Positions 27,141 through 37,202 of a stretch of 55,736 nucleotides of DNA are shown piece after piece. The stretch is from a virus. Taxonomy: Duplodnaviria > Caudoviricetes. Both the position numbers and the translations under genes were made by a program. The stretch lies in IMG/VR virus record IMGVR_UViG_3300027985_001320, positions 1 to 55,736 of that record. One strand, given 5' to 3'. The notes beneath the pieces were generated by a model that was given only the letters and a program-made list of their open reading frames with translations, was not told the DNA's origin and searched no databases. Every line of letters begins with the position of its first letter. Positions within the stretch are counted from its first letter, which is position 1.

Positions 27141-30100
27141 ATGGCCCGTTACGACTCGCTCTATCGTCGCTATGGTGCGTTTAAGCTCACGCAGTTGGCA
27201 AACCCCCCGATCAATTTTACGACAGAGTTTGAACTGCCGCTAAATGCGCTTTATCACTTTGTACCGCAGGTTATCCATGATCGTGGACCGTCCATGGACG
27301 ATTTCATGGTCAAGCGGTATAAACACCCGGTCCGGGTTGATCACGTCAGTCAGTTGACCGTTGTTGAAGGGACCCCCCGGCATCTGTCCACCGATATCCG
27401 TAACTTGGCCCGGGATTACCACCGCGCCCATCCACACTTTCGGCCGGCACGAAACGTGGAGGCGACCTTGAATGACGGCCAGACCTTGCTGGTCGAAAAC
27501 TACGGTCTGCTACCGTCCATCTACCGGTATACCGCCAGCATGTACAGCGACTACTATCGGCGGATGAACCTTAACGAAACCGTAATGGCCCAGGTCGTTG
27601 CGTTTAATAAACGCAGTGATCGTCATCAGTTCATTCGCATTAAGTTGCCCGAAGCCCTGCCGACCTACGCCTTGTTACGCAGTGTGGTCGACGCCCGTCA
27701 GAATAATAATGCGCGCCGCTTCCGTGAGCTGATGTTGGAGCACTTCAATACGTTTGAACTCTATTTCATCGCCTTTCTATGGGCGGAAATGGTCGCGCCG
27801 ACCCATCCACTGGAGGCTTATGATAATTTCAACGTGGTGTTCTATGACTACGGTAAGTTCACCTGGTTGAATGTCGGCCAGTTGATTCGGTGGGCCCAGA
27901 ACGATAAGGGGGTAAGCCAGCAAGCCTTGGGTGATGACGAGCACATCGACTGGGTGGCATCGAGTGACGCCGAGGCGTCACTCCAAGGTATCGACCGTAA
28001 GATCGTCGACGTGCAGATGCGTTTCTTGCGCCATCTGATCGCGCTGATGGAGGTGCGGACGAAAAATGATGTTCAGGATGACCCGACCGAACACCCTGAG
28101 CCGGAAGAGGTGGGATATAGTGAAGAAGAGACGGTCGTTCTGGATCCGGAAGACATTGATCGTGATATTGCTCACCTGGAAAAGGTCGCAGAAGCGAATG
28201 TCACCAATGACACCATTGACCGTCCGGAACCCACGATTCTCGACGGCGTAAAAGTCGTCGCCGATGAGATGGCGGATGCTGGACTTGTTTCCGGGGCGGA
28301 ATACCGTCGGATGTTGAAAAACGCTGATCGGTTTAAAGAAGTGCCTAACCCCTATGGGGGCCCGGGGACCCTAGCCGATCTGGCGGTGGTCACCCATGAG
28401 GAGATGCAGATCACGGCGCCGAAAGTGATCAAGTCGATCGAGGGGGTGACGGACACCTCCATGTTGAAACAGACGTTTAATGCCGCTGACAAAACCTACA
28501 CTAAAAATATCCTGCCGAAGCATATTACTCAGGCGGTCATGCAGGTGCAGAAAGAGGGTTATTCTGTCGTAGGCTATACCGTCGAACCGGTCATATCCGC
28601 TGTTAATGACTACAGCATCCACCGGGTCACGATTATGCCGCCAAAAGGCAGCCCATTTCAAATGACATTCCGGCTACCGACGATCAATGCCGGTGGGACG
28701 ATGTTGATCGATGGGACGGAGTATCGGTTTCGACCGCAACGTATCGACATGCCGATCCGTAAAGTCAGCGCCAGCCGCGTGGCATTAACAAGCTACTACG
28801 GTAAGGTCTTCGTCGACCGTGCAGAAAAGAAAGCGTATAACTTGACCAACTGGCTGCAGCGCATTATACAGGACGCGATCAGCGATAATGAAAATACTAC
28901 CCTGACGAACGGCGTATTTGGTAATGCCTTTTATAAAAACATCCACGTACCGTTGCACTACAGTATCATTTCACAACAGGTCAGATCGTTTGACCTGAAC
29001 GGGATCGCGTTCTATTTTGATTATGAACGCCGGGTGGACCATTTCGGGGCCAGTGTTGTAAAACAGGCCGAAACAAAAAACTTTATTCTGGTTGGCCTGC
29101 GTAACCAGAAACCCGTGGTCATGGGAAATGATAACGTGGTGTATGAGGTTACCCCTCGCGGTCCGGAGCCGTTGGGTACGATCCCGGCGCTGATGGGCTA
29201 CAGTGCAGACCAAGTGCCGATGATGATGGCGACCGTCATGGTCTATGGTAAACCGGTACCCTTAGGGCTGGTGTTGGGGTATTACATTGGGTTACCGCAG
29301 CTGTTAACCCTCACCGGGGCGGAATACCGCTTAATGAATGCGCGGACGCGCGACCAGATCGCCCCCGATGAATTTGTTATTCGGTTTTCCGACGAATGGT
29401 TGGTTATCAACCGGGATAGTCCCCTGGTGGAATTGATCTTTTCCGGTTTTTTGGAAGCGAGCAAAATTCTACCGCGGTACAGCTACGCCCAGTTTCGTCA
29501 GCCCGAAATCTACATCGGTGTTCTGGAGCAGATGAAGATCAGCGTGACCTATGCCCGGGAGATACGGGACCTGCGCACGCGTTTCATCGACAACATTACG
29601 GTGGGACTGTTAGAACAGATGGGGGAACCCACCGCGTGGGTGCCGTTACTGTTACGTTCAGCTAAACTGTTAACGACGGAATGGCATCCTGACGAGATGT
29701 CCATGGCGTACCAGCGTTTCCGTGGATCGGAACGACTAGCGGGGACCGTCTACAATGAAATCAGCCGGGCGATCAAACAGGAGACCGCGAAACCAGCGAG
29801 CGCCCGTGGTAAGTTGACGATTAACCCAGAAGCCGTTTGGATGTCCATTGTCACGGATGCGGCGATGGATATTGCTAAAACCTCTAACCCTATCGCACAG
29901 ATCCGCCAGAACGAGACGGTGACGCACACGGGTAAAGGCGGACGCGGTGGTAAGAGCATGGTCTATCGGACGCGTAAATTCTCCGATGAGGACCTGGGGG
30001 TAACCTCAGAAGGGACCGTCGACTCAGGTAGTGTTGGGATCGTGAGTCAAGTATCACCCGCGGCGAATATCACGTCATTGTACGGTACCACGCGACCTTA

Positions 30101-31307
30101 TAACCCTGAAACCGATGGCCCGGCCTCTGTAGTCTCCAGCGCGGCGCTGTTAGCCCCGTCCGTTGAACATGATGCGATCCAACGTATCATCTTCGTAGGG
30201 ATTCAGCAAAGTGCGGGGGTGTCGGGGATCGGTTATCAACCGTCACCGGTGAATACCGGCTATGATAAGGTGATCGCGCATGATACGGACTACCGCTTCT
30301 CCGGTATCGCAGAGCAGGATGGTGTTGTTACAAATATCACCGACCGTGTCTTATCGGTACGGTATAAAGATGGCACCGAAGCGCACTTTGAACTGGGCCG
30401 TATCTACGGAAAGGCGGCGGGTCTGGGTATCCCGCACACCTTAGTTGCCAATGCAAAAATAGGCCAGTCGTTTACCGCGGATGACGTGCTGGTCTATAAC
30501 AAGGAGTATTTCCAGCCGGACTATAATGAACCCAGTCAGGTCATCTGGAAAGCGGGCGTTTTAGTCCGTACCGCGCTCGTCGAACGCGACAGTACCCATG
30601 AGGATGCCTCTGAAATCTCTCCACGGGTAGCACAGTTGTTGTCGACCCCGATCACTAAGGTACGAGAGATTACGCTGCGTTATGACCAAGCGATCAGCGA
30701 ACTCGTTAAACCTGGAGCGTCTGTCAACGCTGAGGATATTCTATGCATTATAGAGGATGCGGGATTATCTGAAAGTGGGGTCATCAGCGATGAGAGTCGG
30801 ATGACGTTGCGCCGACTGGGGCGCGATGCACCTTCGGCGGATATCCGTGGGACGGTGGAGCGGATCGAAGTACTGTACAATGGTGATTTAGAGGAGATGA
30901 GTCAGTCGCTGCGTGCGGTGACACGACGTTCTGATCTGGAGATGCAGCGCCACCATACCGCCATGGGGCGTCCCGGTAAAATGTCCGGTGCGGTTACCGC
31001 TTCGTATCGTGTGGAGGGTAATCCGTTGCAGGATGGTAACGCGGTTATTCGCATCTACATCAGTACATTGATTCCCATGGATATAGGGTACAAGGGGGTA
31101 TACGCTAATCAGATGAAATCCATCTTTAGCGGTATTATGTCCGGCCCCAACACCATGGCAGACGGTACTGATATTGATGCCTTCTTTAGTTATCAGAGTA
31201 TCAACAACCGTAACGTTGACTCCGCCATCCGAATCGGCATGGCTAACTTTAACTTGGAAACCCTGGCCCACAATGCCATAGCCCTGTATAAAGGAACGAC
31301 ACAATGA
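27141..31307 (+). CDS. Virion RNA polymerase beta subunit, N-terminal part (phiKZ gp178-like)
   Basis: 1388 aa. RPQRIDMPIRKVS..RVALTSYYGKVF, TGKGGR, SEGTVDSG.VG, THEDA and NQMKSIF motifs related to RpoB. Confidence 0.88.
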   Translation: MARYDSLYRRYGAFKLTQLANPPINFTTEFELPLNALYHFVPQVIHDRGPSMDDFMVKRYKHPVRVDHVSQLTVVEGTPRHLSTDIRNLARDYHRAHPHFRPARNVEATLNDGQTLLVENYGLLPSIYRYTASMYSDYYRRMNLNETVMAQVVAFNKRSDRHQFIRIKLPEALPTYALLRSVVDARQNNNARRFRELMLEHFNTFELYFIAFLWAEMVAPTHPLEAYDNFNVVFYDYGKFTWLNVGQLIRWAQNDKGVSQQALGDDEHIDWVASSDAEASLQGIDRKIVDVQMRFLRHLIALMEVRTKNDVQDDPTEHPEPEEVGYSEEETVVLDPEDIDRDIAHLEKVAEANVTNDTIDRPEPTILDGVKVVADEMADAGLVSGAEYRRMLKNADRFKEVPNPYGGPGTLADLAVVTHEEMQITAPKVIKSIEGVTDTSMLKQTFNAADKTYTKNILPKHITQAVMQVQKEGYSVVGYTVEPVISAVNDYSIHRVTIMPPKGSPFQMTFRLPTINAGGTMLIDGTEYRFRPQRIDMPIRKVSASRVALTSYYGKVFVDRAEKKAYNLTNWLQRIIQDAISDNENTTLTNGVFGNAFYKNIHVPLHYSIISQQVRSFDLNGIAFYFDYERRVDHFGASVVKQAETKNFILVGLRNQKPVVMGNDNVVYEVTPRGPEPLGTIPALMGYSADQVPMMMATVMVYGKPVPLGLVLGYYIGLPQLLTLTGAEYRLMNARTRDQIAPDEFVIRFSDEWLVINRDSPLVELIFSGFLEASKILPRYSYAQFRQPEIYIGVLEQMKISVTYAREIRDLRTRFIDNITVGLLEQMGEPTAWVPLLLRSAKLLTTEWHPDEMSMAYQRFRGSERLAGTVYNEISRAIKQETAKPASARGKLTINPEAVWMSIVTDAAMDIAKTSNPIAQIRQNETVTHTGKGGRGGKSMVYRTRKFSDEDLGVTSEGTVDSGSVGIVSQVSPAANITSLYGTTRPYNPETDGPASVVSSAALLAPSVEHDAIQRIIFVGIQQSAGVSGIGYQPSPVNTGYDKVIAHDTDYRFSGIAEQDGVVTNITDRVLSVRYKDGTEAHFELGRIYGKAAGLGIPHTLVANAKIGQSFTADDVLVYNKEYFQPDYNEPSQVIWKAGVLVRTALVERDSTHEDASEISPRVAQLLSTPITKVREITLRYDQAISELVKPGASVNAEDILCIIEDAGLSESGVISDESRMTLRRLGRDAPSADIRGTVERIEVLYNGDLEEMSQSLRAVTRRSDLEMQRHHTAMGRPGKMSGAVTASYRVEGNPLQDGNAVIRIYISTLIPMDIGYKGVYANQMKSIFSGIMSGPNTMADGTDIDAFFSYQSINNRNVDSAIRIGMANFNLETLAHNAIALYKGTTQ

Positions 31308-31504
31308 ACACCACAATGACCGAAAAAGAGTGTTACCTGCAGAACTTAGCCGTGCTGAGTACGCTGGCGGAACTGGTGAGCGACGTACTGGTTGATATCG
31401 CCGGTAACGACATGGCAGCCGGTATCGGTGACGACCCTCTGACGAAGGCAACGGCCGCTAACTTTGCCGCCGCGCGCCTGAACAATACCGTCCTGGCAGG
31501 GTAA
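31304..31504 (+). CDS. Small hypothetical protein (66 aa), translationally coupled to vRNAP beta
   Basis: ATGA overlap with the beta stop codon. AAGGA RBS. Followed by a hairpin at 31495-31513. Confidence 0.65.
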   Translation: MNTTMTEKECYLQNLAVLSTLAELVSDVLVDIAGNDMAAGIGDDPLTKATAANFAAARLNNTVLAG

Positions 31505-31549
31505 CCCCCTGCCGTTTGTGTTTAATCTGTAAAGGTTGAGGAAGTTACC

Positions 31550-33016
31550 ATGTTGAGTCAAACCGCTGTAAGCGCCATGTCGGTGCTGGCCTATGAGCTG
31601 GCGAAAAAAGGTAAAGTGGTATCGGTTGTACACGAGACAGTCATGGCCGCTGGGATGGGGGCGTTACAGCCAGGGCTGGTTGCCACTACTGCCCCGGTGG
31701 CCGACAATACCCTGGTTAACGGTGAACCGGAATACACCGTGGTGGAAGCGTCTCGCTATAAAGATGCATCAGGCGCCTATCTCCATGATGAAAAAATGAA
31801 AGAGCTGCGTCAGCTGGTCGGTGACCAAGTACTCGCCAATATGGCGCTGGCCCGTAATACGGTGCAGCCGTTGGTGCGGCGGGTATACGACGCCATCGAT
31901 GCGCGCACCGAAGAACGGTCACGCCTTGCCATGATGCCGATCAGCATTTTGACGCATCGGCCGGCGGCGATCTGGCGGGCGGATGCCCTGCTCCAGGAGC
32001 TGAGTAATCTGGAACTCGTGGCCATCGAGAAGATCAGCACGACCCCGCGGTGGCCGTTGCCGACCCCGGATGTGATTACGGCCCGGATGTTAACCGGGGA
32101 TCCGGCGTTCGATGCCCTGGTCGCGGCTTTTATCGAACAGGAAGGTATCGACAACATCGTGCAGGTTTTCCGCGAACTGTTCAGTACCGCCGGTGCCACC
32201 AGTGCGACCCAGCGCCTGAATGATACCAGCGAACGCTCCGCCAATTTCAATCTGACCGCCTACCTATTGGCCCGTGGTCTTCAGCGTAACCCGCTCGAAG
32301 GACTGCGTATGTCAGAGGTGGACTATGACACGCTGCTGCGTAAAATCTATCAGCAAGCCGGCCGCTCACTGTCCCGGGTGATTAAACGCCGGCTCGATGA
32401 TGAACGGACATCAAACCTGCGGCTTGACTATGAGATCAACGTCACCAGCCTGCCGGCGCAAACGCCCTCAACTATCCACGTCTACGGGCCGTCCTACGTG
32501 AAATGGCTGGAGGCAGGGGGTACCCCTGAGGTGTTGATGGGGTCTGCCGTCAGCAACCGGAACATCGATGGGGCCGATCTGATCAAACATAAGGACTACT
32601 ACATCGAGAAGTGGACAGTCTTTAATGACCGTAACCAGCGCTTGGTGGAAGAGCAGCTCTACAACTACCGGTGTGCCGCAATTTGCGACGAGGTCCGTAA
32701 GATCATCGGGGAAGGTGAATACAATAACGACGTTGACCCGACCGTGCTCTATGCTCGCCTTAACGAGGTGTTTGCCAATACCCCGCGGACGGTTCGGACA
32801 ATGCCCGTCGCCATGGCACGTCGTTTGGTGTGTCGTGTACTGTTCCCGAAATCGGATGCGGAGTTGATTCTCTCTGAGCAGGAGGCCGCGATGTCACGTC
32901 ATCCTGGGATGACTGCCCGTGAGGCCGCGTTAGTCGCCGGGGAAGTGATCATCACTGACTTCCTCGGCAAACAATTGCAGTTGCAATCGATCACGATCGC
33001 AAACGCTAATCGCTAG
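31550..33016 (+). CDS. Conserved virion-associated protein (phiKZ gp177-like by synteny)
   Basis: 488 aa. WLEAGGTPEVLMG motif. Lies between vRNAP beta and gp176-like genes. Confidence 0.6.
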   Translation: MLSQTAVSAMSVLAYELAKKGKVVSVVHETVMAAGMGALQPGLVATTAPVADNTLVNGEPEYTVVEASRYKDASGAYLHDEKMKELRQLVGDQVLANMALARNTVQPLVRRVYDAIDARTEERSRLAMMPISILTHRPAAIWRADALLQELSNLELVAIEKISTTPRWPLPTPDVITARMLTGDPAFDALVAAFIEQEGIDNIVQVFRELFSTAGATSATQRLNDTSERSANFNLTAYLLARGLQRNPLEGLRMSEVDYDTLLRKIYQQAGRSLSRVIKRRLDDERTSNLRLDYEINVTSLPAQTPSTIHVYGPSYVKWLEAGGTPEVLMGSAVSNRNIDGADLIKHKDYYIEKWTVFNDRNQRLVEEQLYNYRCAAICDEVRKIIGEGEYNNDVDPTVLYARLNEVFANTPRTVRTMPVAMARRLVCRVLFPKSDAELILSEQEAAMSRHPGMTAREAALVAGEVIITDFLGKQLQLQSITIANANR

Positions 33017-33033
33017 CGATAGGGAGAGTCACG

Positions 33034-33747
33034 ATGGATGTCAGTCAGTTAACCCGAAACCGCCAGCAGATCGCGGCGGCGTTAACCGATCCGTCATCCG
33101 GTAAGTGCCTGGCGAAGCGGCCGTTGAAGGTACATATCCTGAAACGGTTTACCGAGAACCAGCTGGCCTTCATAGGCCAGCATGTTCTCACGCTTGCCGT
33201 CTTTGGTATCATTATCGATGACACCTACTATAACCCGTTTAGTTTACCGACGATGGTTGAAATGCATCCGGATTCAATCGTCAGCGTTAAAATAGACGAT
33301 GTTGAGTATCTGGAGCTCAGTTTCGATAAAGGCAGTGCCGTCATTGCGAATAGTCGTGTGGTGCAGAAAAACACCTTACCGTACTATGAACACAATGACT
33401 TTATCAGTAAAGGTAAAGGGGCTTGGTTTTTAAATGCCGATGACATGGCACGGTTATTTACGTATTGTCGTAAATACGCCGGCCGTCCCCGGGGCGCTAA
33501 TCGGGCGGTGATGGAGATGATCACGTCGTTTATCCTGCGACGCCCTGGGGATTTAACGCAGTTTTTCCGAACAGATCCGTCGGCCGGTCCGGACGACTTT
33601 ACCCTGGTACGGTTTGAATCGGTCAGCTATGGTGCCTCCAACACCCTGGCCAAAGTGGCCGGCTCCTACAGTGAAGAGGGTGAAATTTCAGCCCTGGTCA
33701 ACCCCAGTGATCGACTTGAACGTATTGAAGAATATGTACGTATGTAA
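33034..33747 (+). CDS. Virion RNA polymerase beta' C-terminal subunit (phiKZ gp176-like)
   Basis: 237 aa. C-terminal SYGASNTLAKVAGSY.EEG..SALVNPS...E.IE resembles the RpoC C-terminus. Immediately upstream of the protease. Confidence 0.7.
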   Translation: MDVSQLTRNRQQIAAALTDPSSGKCLAKRPLKVHILKRFTENQLAFIGQHVLTLAVFGIIIDDTYYNPFSLPTMVEMHPDSIVSVKIDDVEYLELSFDKGSAVIANSRVVQKNTLPYYEHNDFISKGKGAWFLNADDMARLFTYCRKYAGRPRGANRAVMEMITSFILRRPGDLTQFFRTDPSAGPDDFTLVRFESVSYGASNTLAKVAGSYSEEGEISALVNPSDRLERIEEYVRM

Positions 33748-33759
33748 AGGAGCATGAAC

Positions 33760-34572
33760 ATGGCCATCCCGATGAGAATGATGGGAAACTCGATCCGCCC
33801 GGGGGTGGATGGGTTTCAGTTTCGGTGTACCGCATTAGAGGGCACTGGAAAACAAGGTATCCTACCGCAAAATAGCGATGGGTCTTACACCGTCGTCGTT
33901 GGCGGATTAGGTATCGTTCACAGTAACGGGGAAGTCCATAACCCGGAGCGCCTGCGCGAATGCCTGCAGGCTAACAGCGATTTAATGCGCCGCATCACCG
34001 AAGGGACACTGCGGGGCGAGAATGGCCATCCCGTTCGGGACCCCAGTATGTCCCGTATGGATTGGTTCAAACGGATTATGACCATTGCGGAGTCGCGGAT
34101 CTGTGTTCATTTCGACGACCTCACCGTCGGGGCCGAGCCCGCTAAAGATCGCATGGGGCAGTGGGTAACACCCATCATCGCCCGTATCCGCCCCGCCGGT
34201 GAGCTGGGGTATGTAACGGAGCAAGAGATCAAAGATCCGAAACAGAACATCTGTTTTTCTATTCGTGCGCTGGTGACCCCGATGATGTCGGGCGGACGCC
34301 GTGAGAGCTACATCAATACGCTGGTCACGTATGATAAAGTGAATGAGGGGGGTGCGCCGGTGGCGCGGAAATGGTCTTCTCCGTCGCTACAGAACCAGGT
34401 GGTCGAGGCGGACGAATTAGATTTCTTTAACCACCAGATCATCCATGCGGTTTATGAAGAGATGCAGACGCATCCGGAATCGTTGCACCAGTCCTATGAA
34501 ATGATCATGGACCTTCGGAGCCAGATGAAGCGTTTGCAGATGGACCGCGCGGCTGCACCGGTGACCTGGTAG
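33760..34572 (+). CDS. Prohead (head maturation) serine protease, phiKZ gp175/T4 gp21-like
   Basis: LRGENGHP (catalytic His), FSIRA (catalytic Ser) and TYDKVNEG. AGGAG RBS 7 nt before ATG 33760 (ORF opens at 33754). Confidence 0.88.
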   Translation: MAIPMRMMGNSIRPGVDGFQFRCTALEGTGKQGILPQNSDGSYTVVVGGLGIVHSNGEVHNPERLRECLQANSDLMRRITEGTLRGENGHPVRDPSMSRMDWFKRIMTIAESRICVHFDDLTVGAEPAKDRMGQWVTPIIARIRPAGELGYVTEQEIKDPKQNICFSIRALVTPMMSGGRRESYINTLVTYDKVNEGGAPVARKWSSPSLQNQVVEADELDFFNHQIIHAVYEEMQTHPESLHQSYEMIMDLRSQMKRLQMDRAAAPVTW

Positions 34573-34582
34573 GGGGTGTACT

Positions 34583-35926
34583 GTGAGTGGCTACTATGAC
34601 GCACTGCCCTTACCCATCCGTCGGCAACTAACCTTAATCCCCCCTGAAGATCGCCACACCCAACCCTACGCGTACCATGTCAGTAAAGCACCTAACATCA
34701 AACGGTTTTTCCCCTGGGTACCGGACACTACCATGCCGGGTGAAAACCGCTCGGTATTGCGTGTGCCCTGCGCGTTGGATGTGCTCTATTGCTTTGCGGG
34801 CAACGGGACGATTACTGGCAACTTCTTTGATCGGTTTTACAATGGCGAATCACCCATCCGGTGGACGCTCTACCGTATCACCTCGGAGGAGCTGTACCAG
34901 CCGGCGGAGAAACTACTGCCGGATGTCGATAAAACAAAAGAAGTCTGGGTACTACCGAAGGATAAAACCGGCTATGTGCCGGAGATCGTCGGCGAAATCT
35001 ATGTCGTACGGTACCATGAAGACCTTAACTACTACAAAGATCATCGCACCAGTATCGAGATGGCCATCAAGATCTTTCCGGGCGGTAGCGCCTGGGTCGA
35101 TGGGCGCGAGGCTACACCCGGAACCTACCTCTTTACCAGCCGCGGTCAGCACACGTACGGTTTGCCGATAGGCGCTAGTCGCCTCTATCCTATCTCTGAA
35201 GCGCGTTATGCTGAAGTGATAGCAGGAGAAGGCTCTACGCAAGAAATAAGCCCTGTGGCCATTCTGGAGCGTCTGAGCTATATCCCTGAACGTGTGCGTA
35301 AAAAGATCCGCATCGATAGCAAGGAGGACTTAGGGGAGGCTGACCTGCTGTACGTGAGTCTTAAGGGAAAGGTCGGTCGCCTAGTACCCGAATATCGGCG
35401 AGTCAACGACACGGTGGATGGCATCTCACAGTTCCTTCCCCACGTTGAGGTCTACCGCTATCTGGAGTTGGCCTTAGAAGCCTTTAATCTTCCCTATGAC
35501 CCCAACCCGAGTCGCCTGAGTGCCGACGATAACCCTATACTGCATCTGTACAGTGTAGATTACGCGCACGTGATCACCGTCGATAATCCGGGCTACAAAG
35601 ACCGCTGGTTTTTGCTGGAGGAACCGCCTGTCTATCGGTATTACTTCCCGGTAGAACACGCGCAGGTCATGGTTACGCACCATGTGCAGCGCACCATAAA
35701 CGGCGCCACCACAACGGATTTGGTGATTTTGGTTAATGTGTTACGGGAAGGTAAGATCGCGACACTCTCAGAGGCGACCTTAACACAAGGGGTCTATGAG
35801 ATTAAATATCTCAACATTCAGGAGGGGAGTTTGGGTAAAGGTGGCACAGTGATGCAGACCACGCAAACACTGTGGGATGAGGCAATGGCTAAGGTCAGTG
35901 TACAAGGCCTACCGGTTGAATGGTAA
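34583..35926 (+). CDS. Putative head protein with two tandem homologous domains; first has ADP-ribosyltransferase-like motif order
   Basis: 447 aa. YHVS...RFFPWVP...ENRSVLRVPCA...PDVDKTKEVW in half 1, related LYVS...RLVPEY...LPHVEV in half 2. Confidence 0.55.
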   Translation: MSGYYDALPLPIRRQLTLIPPEDRHTQPYAYHVSKAPNIKRFFPWVPDTTMPGENRSVLRVPCALDVLYCFAGNGTITGNFFDRFYNGESPIRWTLYRITSEELYQPAEKLLPDVDKTKEVWVLPKDKTGYVPEIVGEIYVVRYHEDLNYYKDHRTSIEMAIKIFPGGSAWVDGREATPGTYLFTSRGQHTYGLPIGASRLYPISEARYAEVIAGEGSTQEISPVAILERLSYIPERVRKKIRIDSKEDLGEADLLYVSLKGKVGRLVPEYRRVNDTVDGISQFLPHVEVYRYLELALEAFNLPYDPNPSRLSADDNPILHLYSVDYAHVITVDNPGYKDRWFLLEEPPVYRYYFPVEHAQVMVTHHVQRTINGATTTDLVILVNVLREGKIATLSEATLTQGVYEIKYLNIQEGSLGKGGTVMQTTQTLWDEAMAKVSVQGLPVEW

Positions 35927-35930
35927 TCGT

Positions 35931-35971
35931 GTGTAGGAAGGGGGAGTTCCCCCTTCCTACACGTTATGCCG
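35931..35971. terminator. Hairpin plus TATGCCG between convergent genes
   Basis: GTGTAGGAAGGGGG-AGTT-CCCCCTTCCTACAC, then TATGCCG at 35965-35971. Confidence 0.78.
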
Positions 35972-35974
35972 ACC

Positions 35975-37114
35975 TTAAAGTGTCGTGTTGTAAAGTGCAT
36001 TAAAACAGGATAAAAGCGGTTGCTGCGTATACATCCCGCTGATGGCACAGGGCATTCGGTAGGCAGATAGGGGTGACAGAAGCGTTAACGCGTCCTCACT
36101 GGCGGCCATAAAAGGCGCTAGATTCAAGACCGTGGTTGTCCCCCGGGTAGAACGGTCCCACATAGGGTTCAGTTTTACCAGCAGCAGGGGTAACGCTATC
36201 TGATCGGCTTCACGCGCCGCCCGATCCATATCGCTATAGAATCGATAAAAGGCTAATACCAGTGTCGGTAACGTCGGATACAAAACACGCGTGGTTTCAA
36301 TGGAAATGGCATCAACCAAAAGCTCTAAGATCGCAATGAACCCCCGGGTATAGGCCAGTTTGATCGCTTCCGTCACCGCGATCAATTTAATGTCCGCATC
36401 CGTAATAGCGCCCAGCGCATTGGTTACCAGAGTGGTAGAACCCGTATAGACCGCGCGCTTTAGGGTTTGTCGTGCTAACGATAGTCGGGTCGCCTGATCC
36501 GTTTGCGTATCACTCTGGCTTTCCAGTGTGGTGTACAGGTTAAATAAGGCTACGGCCCCGGTGACATACGTGGCATCGATTCCCCGCAGCGTAATCGTTT
36601 CGCCATCGATTACCACGCGGTTCCCTGTCACTGTGGACACCGTACTGGCTAAATCACCCAGCACCTCTTTGTAGAGATCCTCCGCTGACCCCAATACACT
36701 GTCTGAAAGCCCTCCGGTCATTTCAGACAATTGTGCCTCCAACCCGTCCAGATCCCCAGCGACCAGCTGCCCTGCCGCTTCGAGTGAACTGATGCCGGTC
36801 AGTTTTCCCAACTCGGCTAAGTCCTGTAACCCTTGTAGTCGTGCCGTCTCGGTTAAGATATCAATCCCTGGGATATCCCCTGCGATTTTAATCAGATCTT
36901 TTCCGGTTAAGGCTTCGCCTATGCCGACGATACCTTCTAGTGAACCAAAGCGCTTATCCCCTAAAGCCTCGAAGAGCGCATTACCGGTATCGGATAACAA
37001 CGCCGGTAACGCATTTTTAACTAAGGTGTCGCCGGTATCATAGACATCCAGCGCTAACAACGCATCTTTCGGTCCGGCCGAAAATACTGAGGATGCTATT
37101 TTATTCGTCGCCAT
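35975..37114 (-). CDS. Conserved phiKZ-like virion structural protein
   Basis: AGGAG RBS before ATG 37114. N-terminal IASSVFSAGPKD.L...DVY motif recalled from chimallivirus virion proteins. Confidence 0.6.
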   Translation of the reverse strand: MATNKIASSVFSAGPKDALLALDVYDTGDTLVKNALPALLSDTGNALFEALGDKRFGSLEGIVGIGEALTGKDLIKIAGDIPGIDILTETARLQGLQDLAELGKLTGISSLEAAGQLVAGDLDGLEAQLSEMTGGLSDSVLGSAEDLYKEVLGDLASTVSTVTGNRVVIDGETITLRGIDATYVTGAVALFNLYTTLESQSDTQTDQATRLSLARQTLKRAVYTGSTTLVTNALGAITDADIKLIAVTEAIKLAYTRGFIAILELLVDAISIETTRVLYPTLPTLVLAFYRFYSDMDRAAREADQIALPLLLVKLNPMWDRSTRGTTTVLNLAPFMAASEDALTLLSPLSAYRMPCAISGMYTQQPLLSCFNALYNTTL

Positions 37115-37151
37115 GACAAACTCCTGGGAAGGTTGACTATAGCATTTAAGC

Positions 37152-37202
37152 AAAAAAAAAAATAAGTAGGCTATAGACAGGGGCGTTTCCCCTGTCTATA
37201 GC
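37152..37202 (-). terminator. Intrinsic terminator of the leftward accessory operon
   Basis: GCTATAGACAGGGG-CGTTT-CCCCTGTCTATAGC (37170-37202) with a minus-strand T-run at 37152-37162. Confidence 0.8.
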
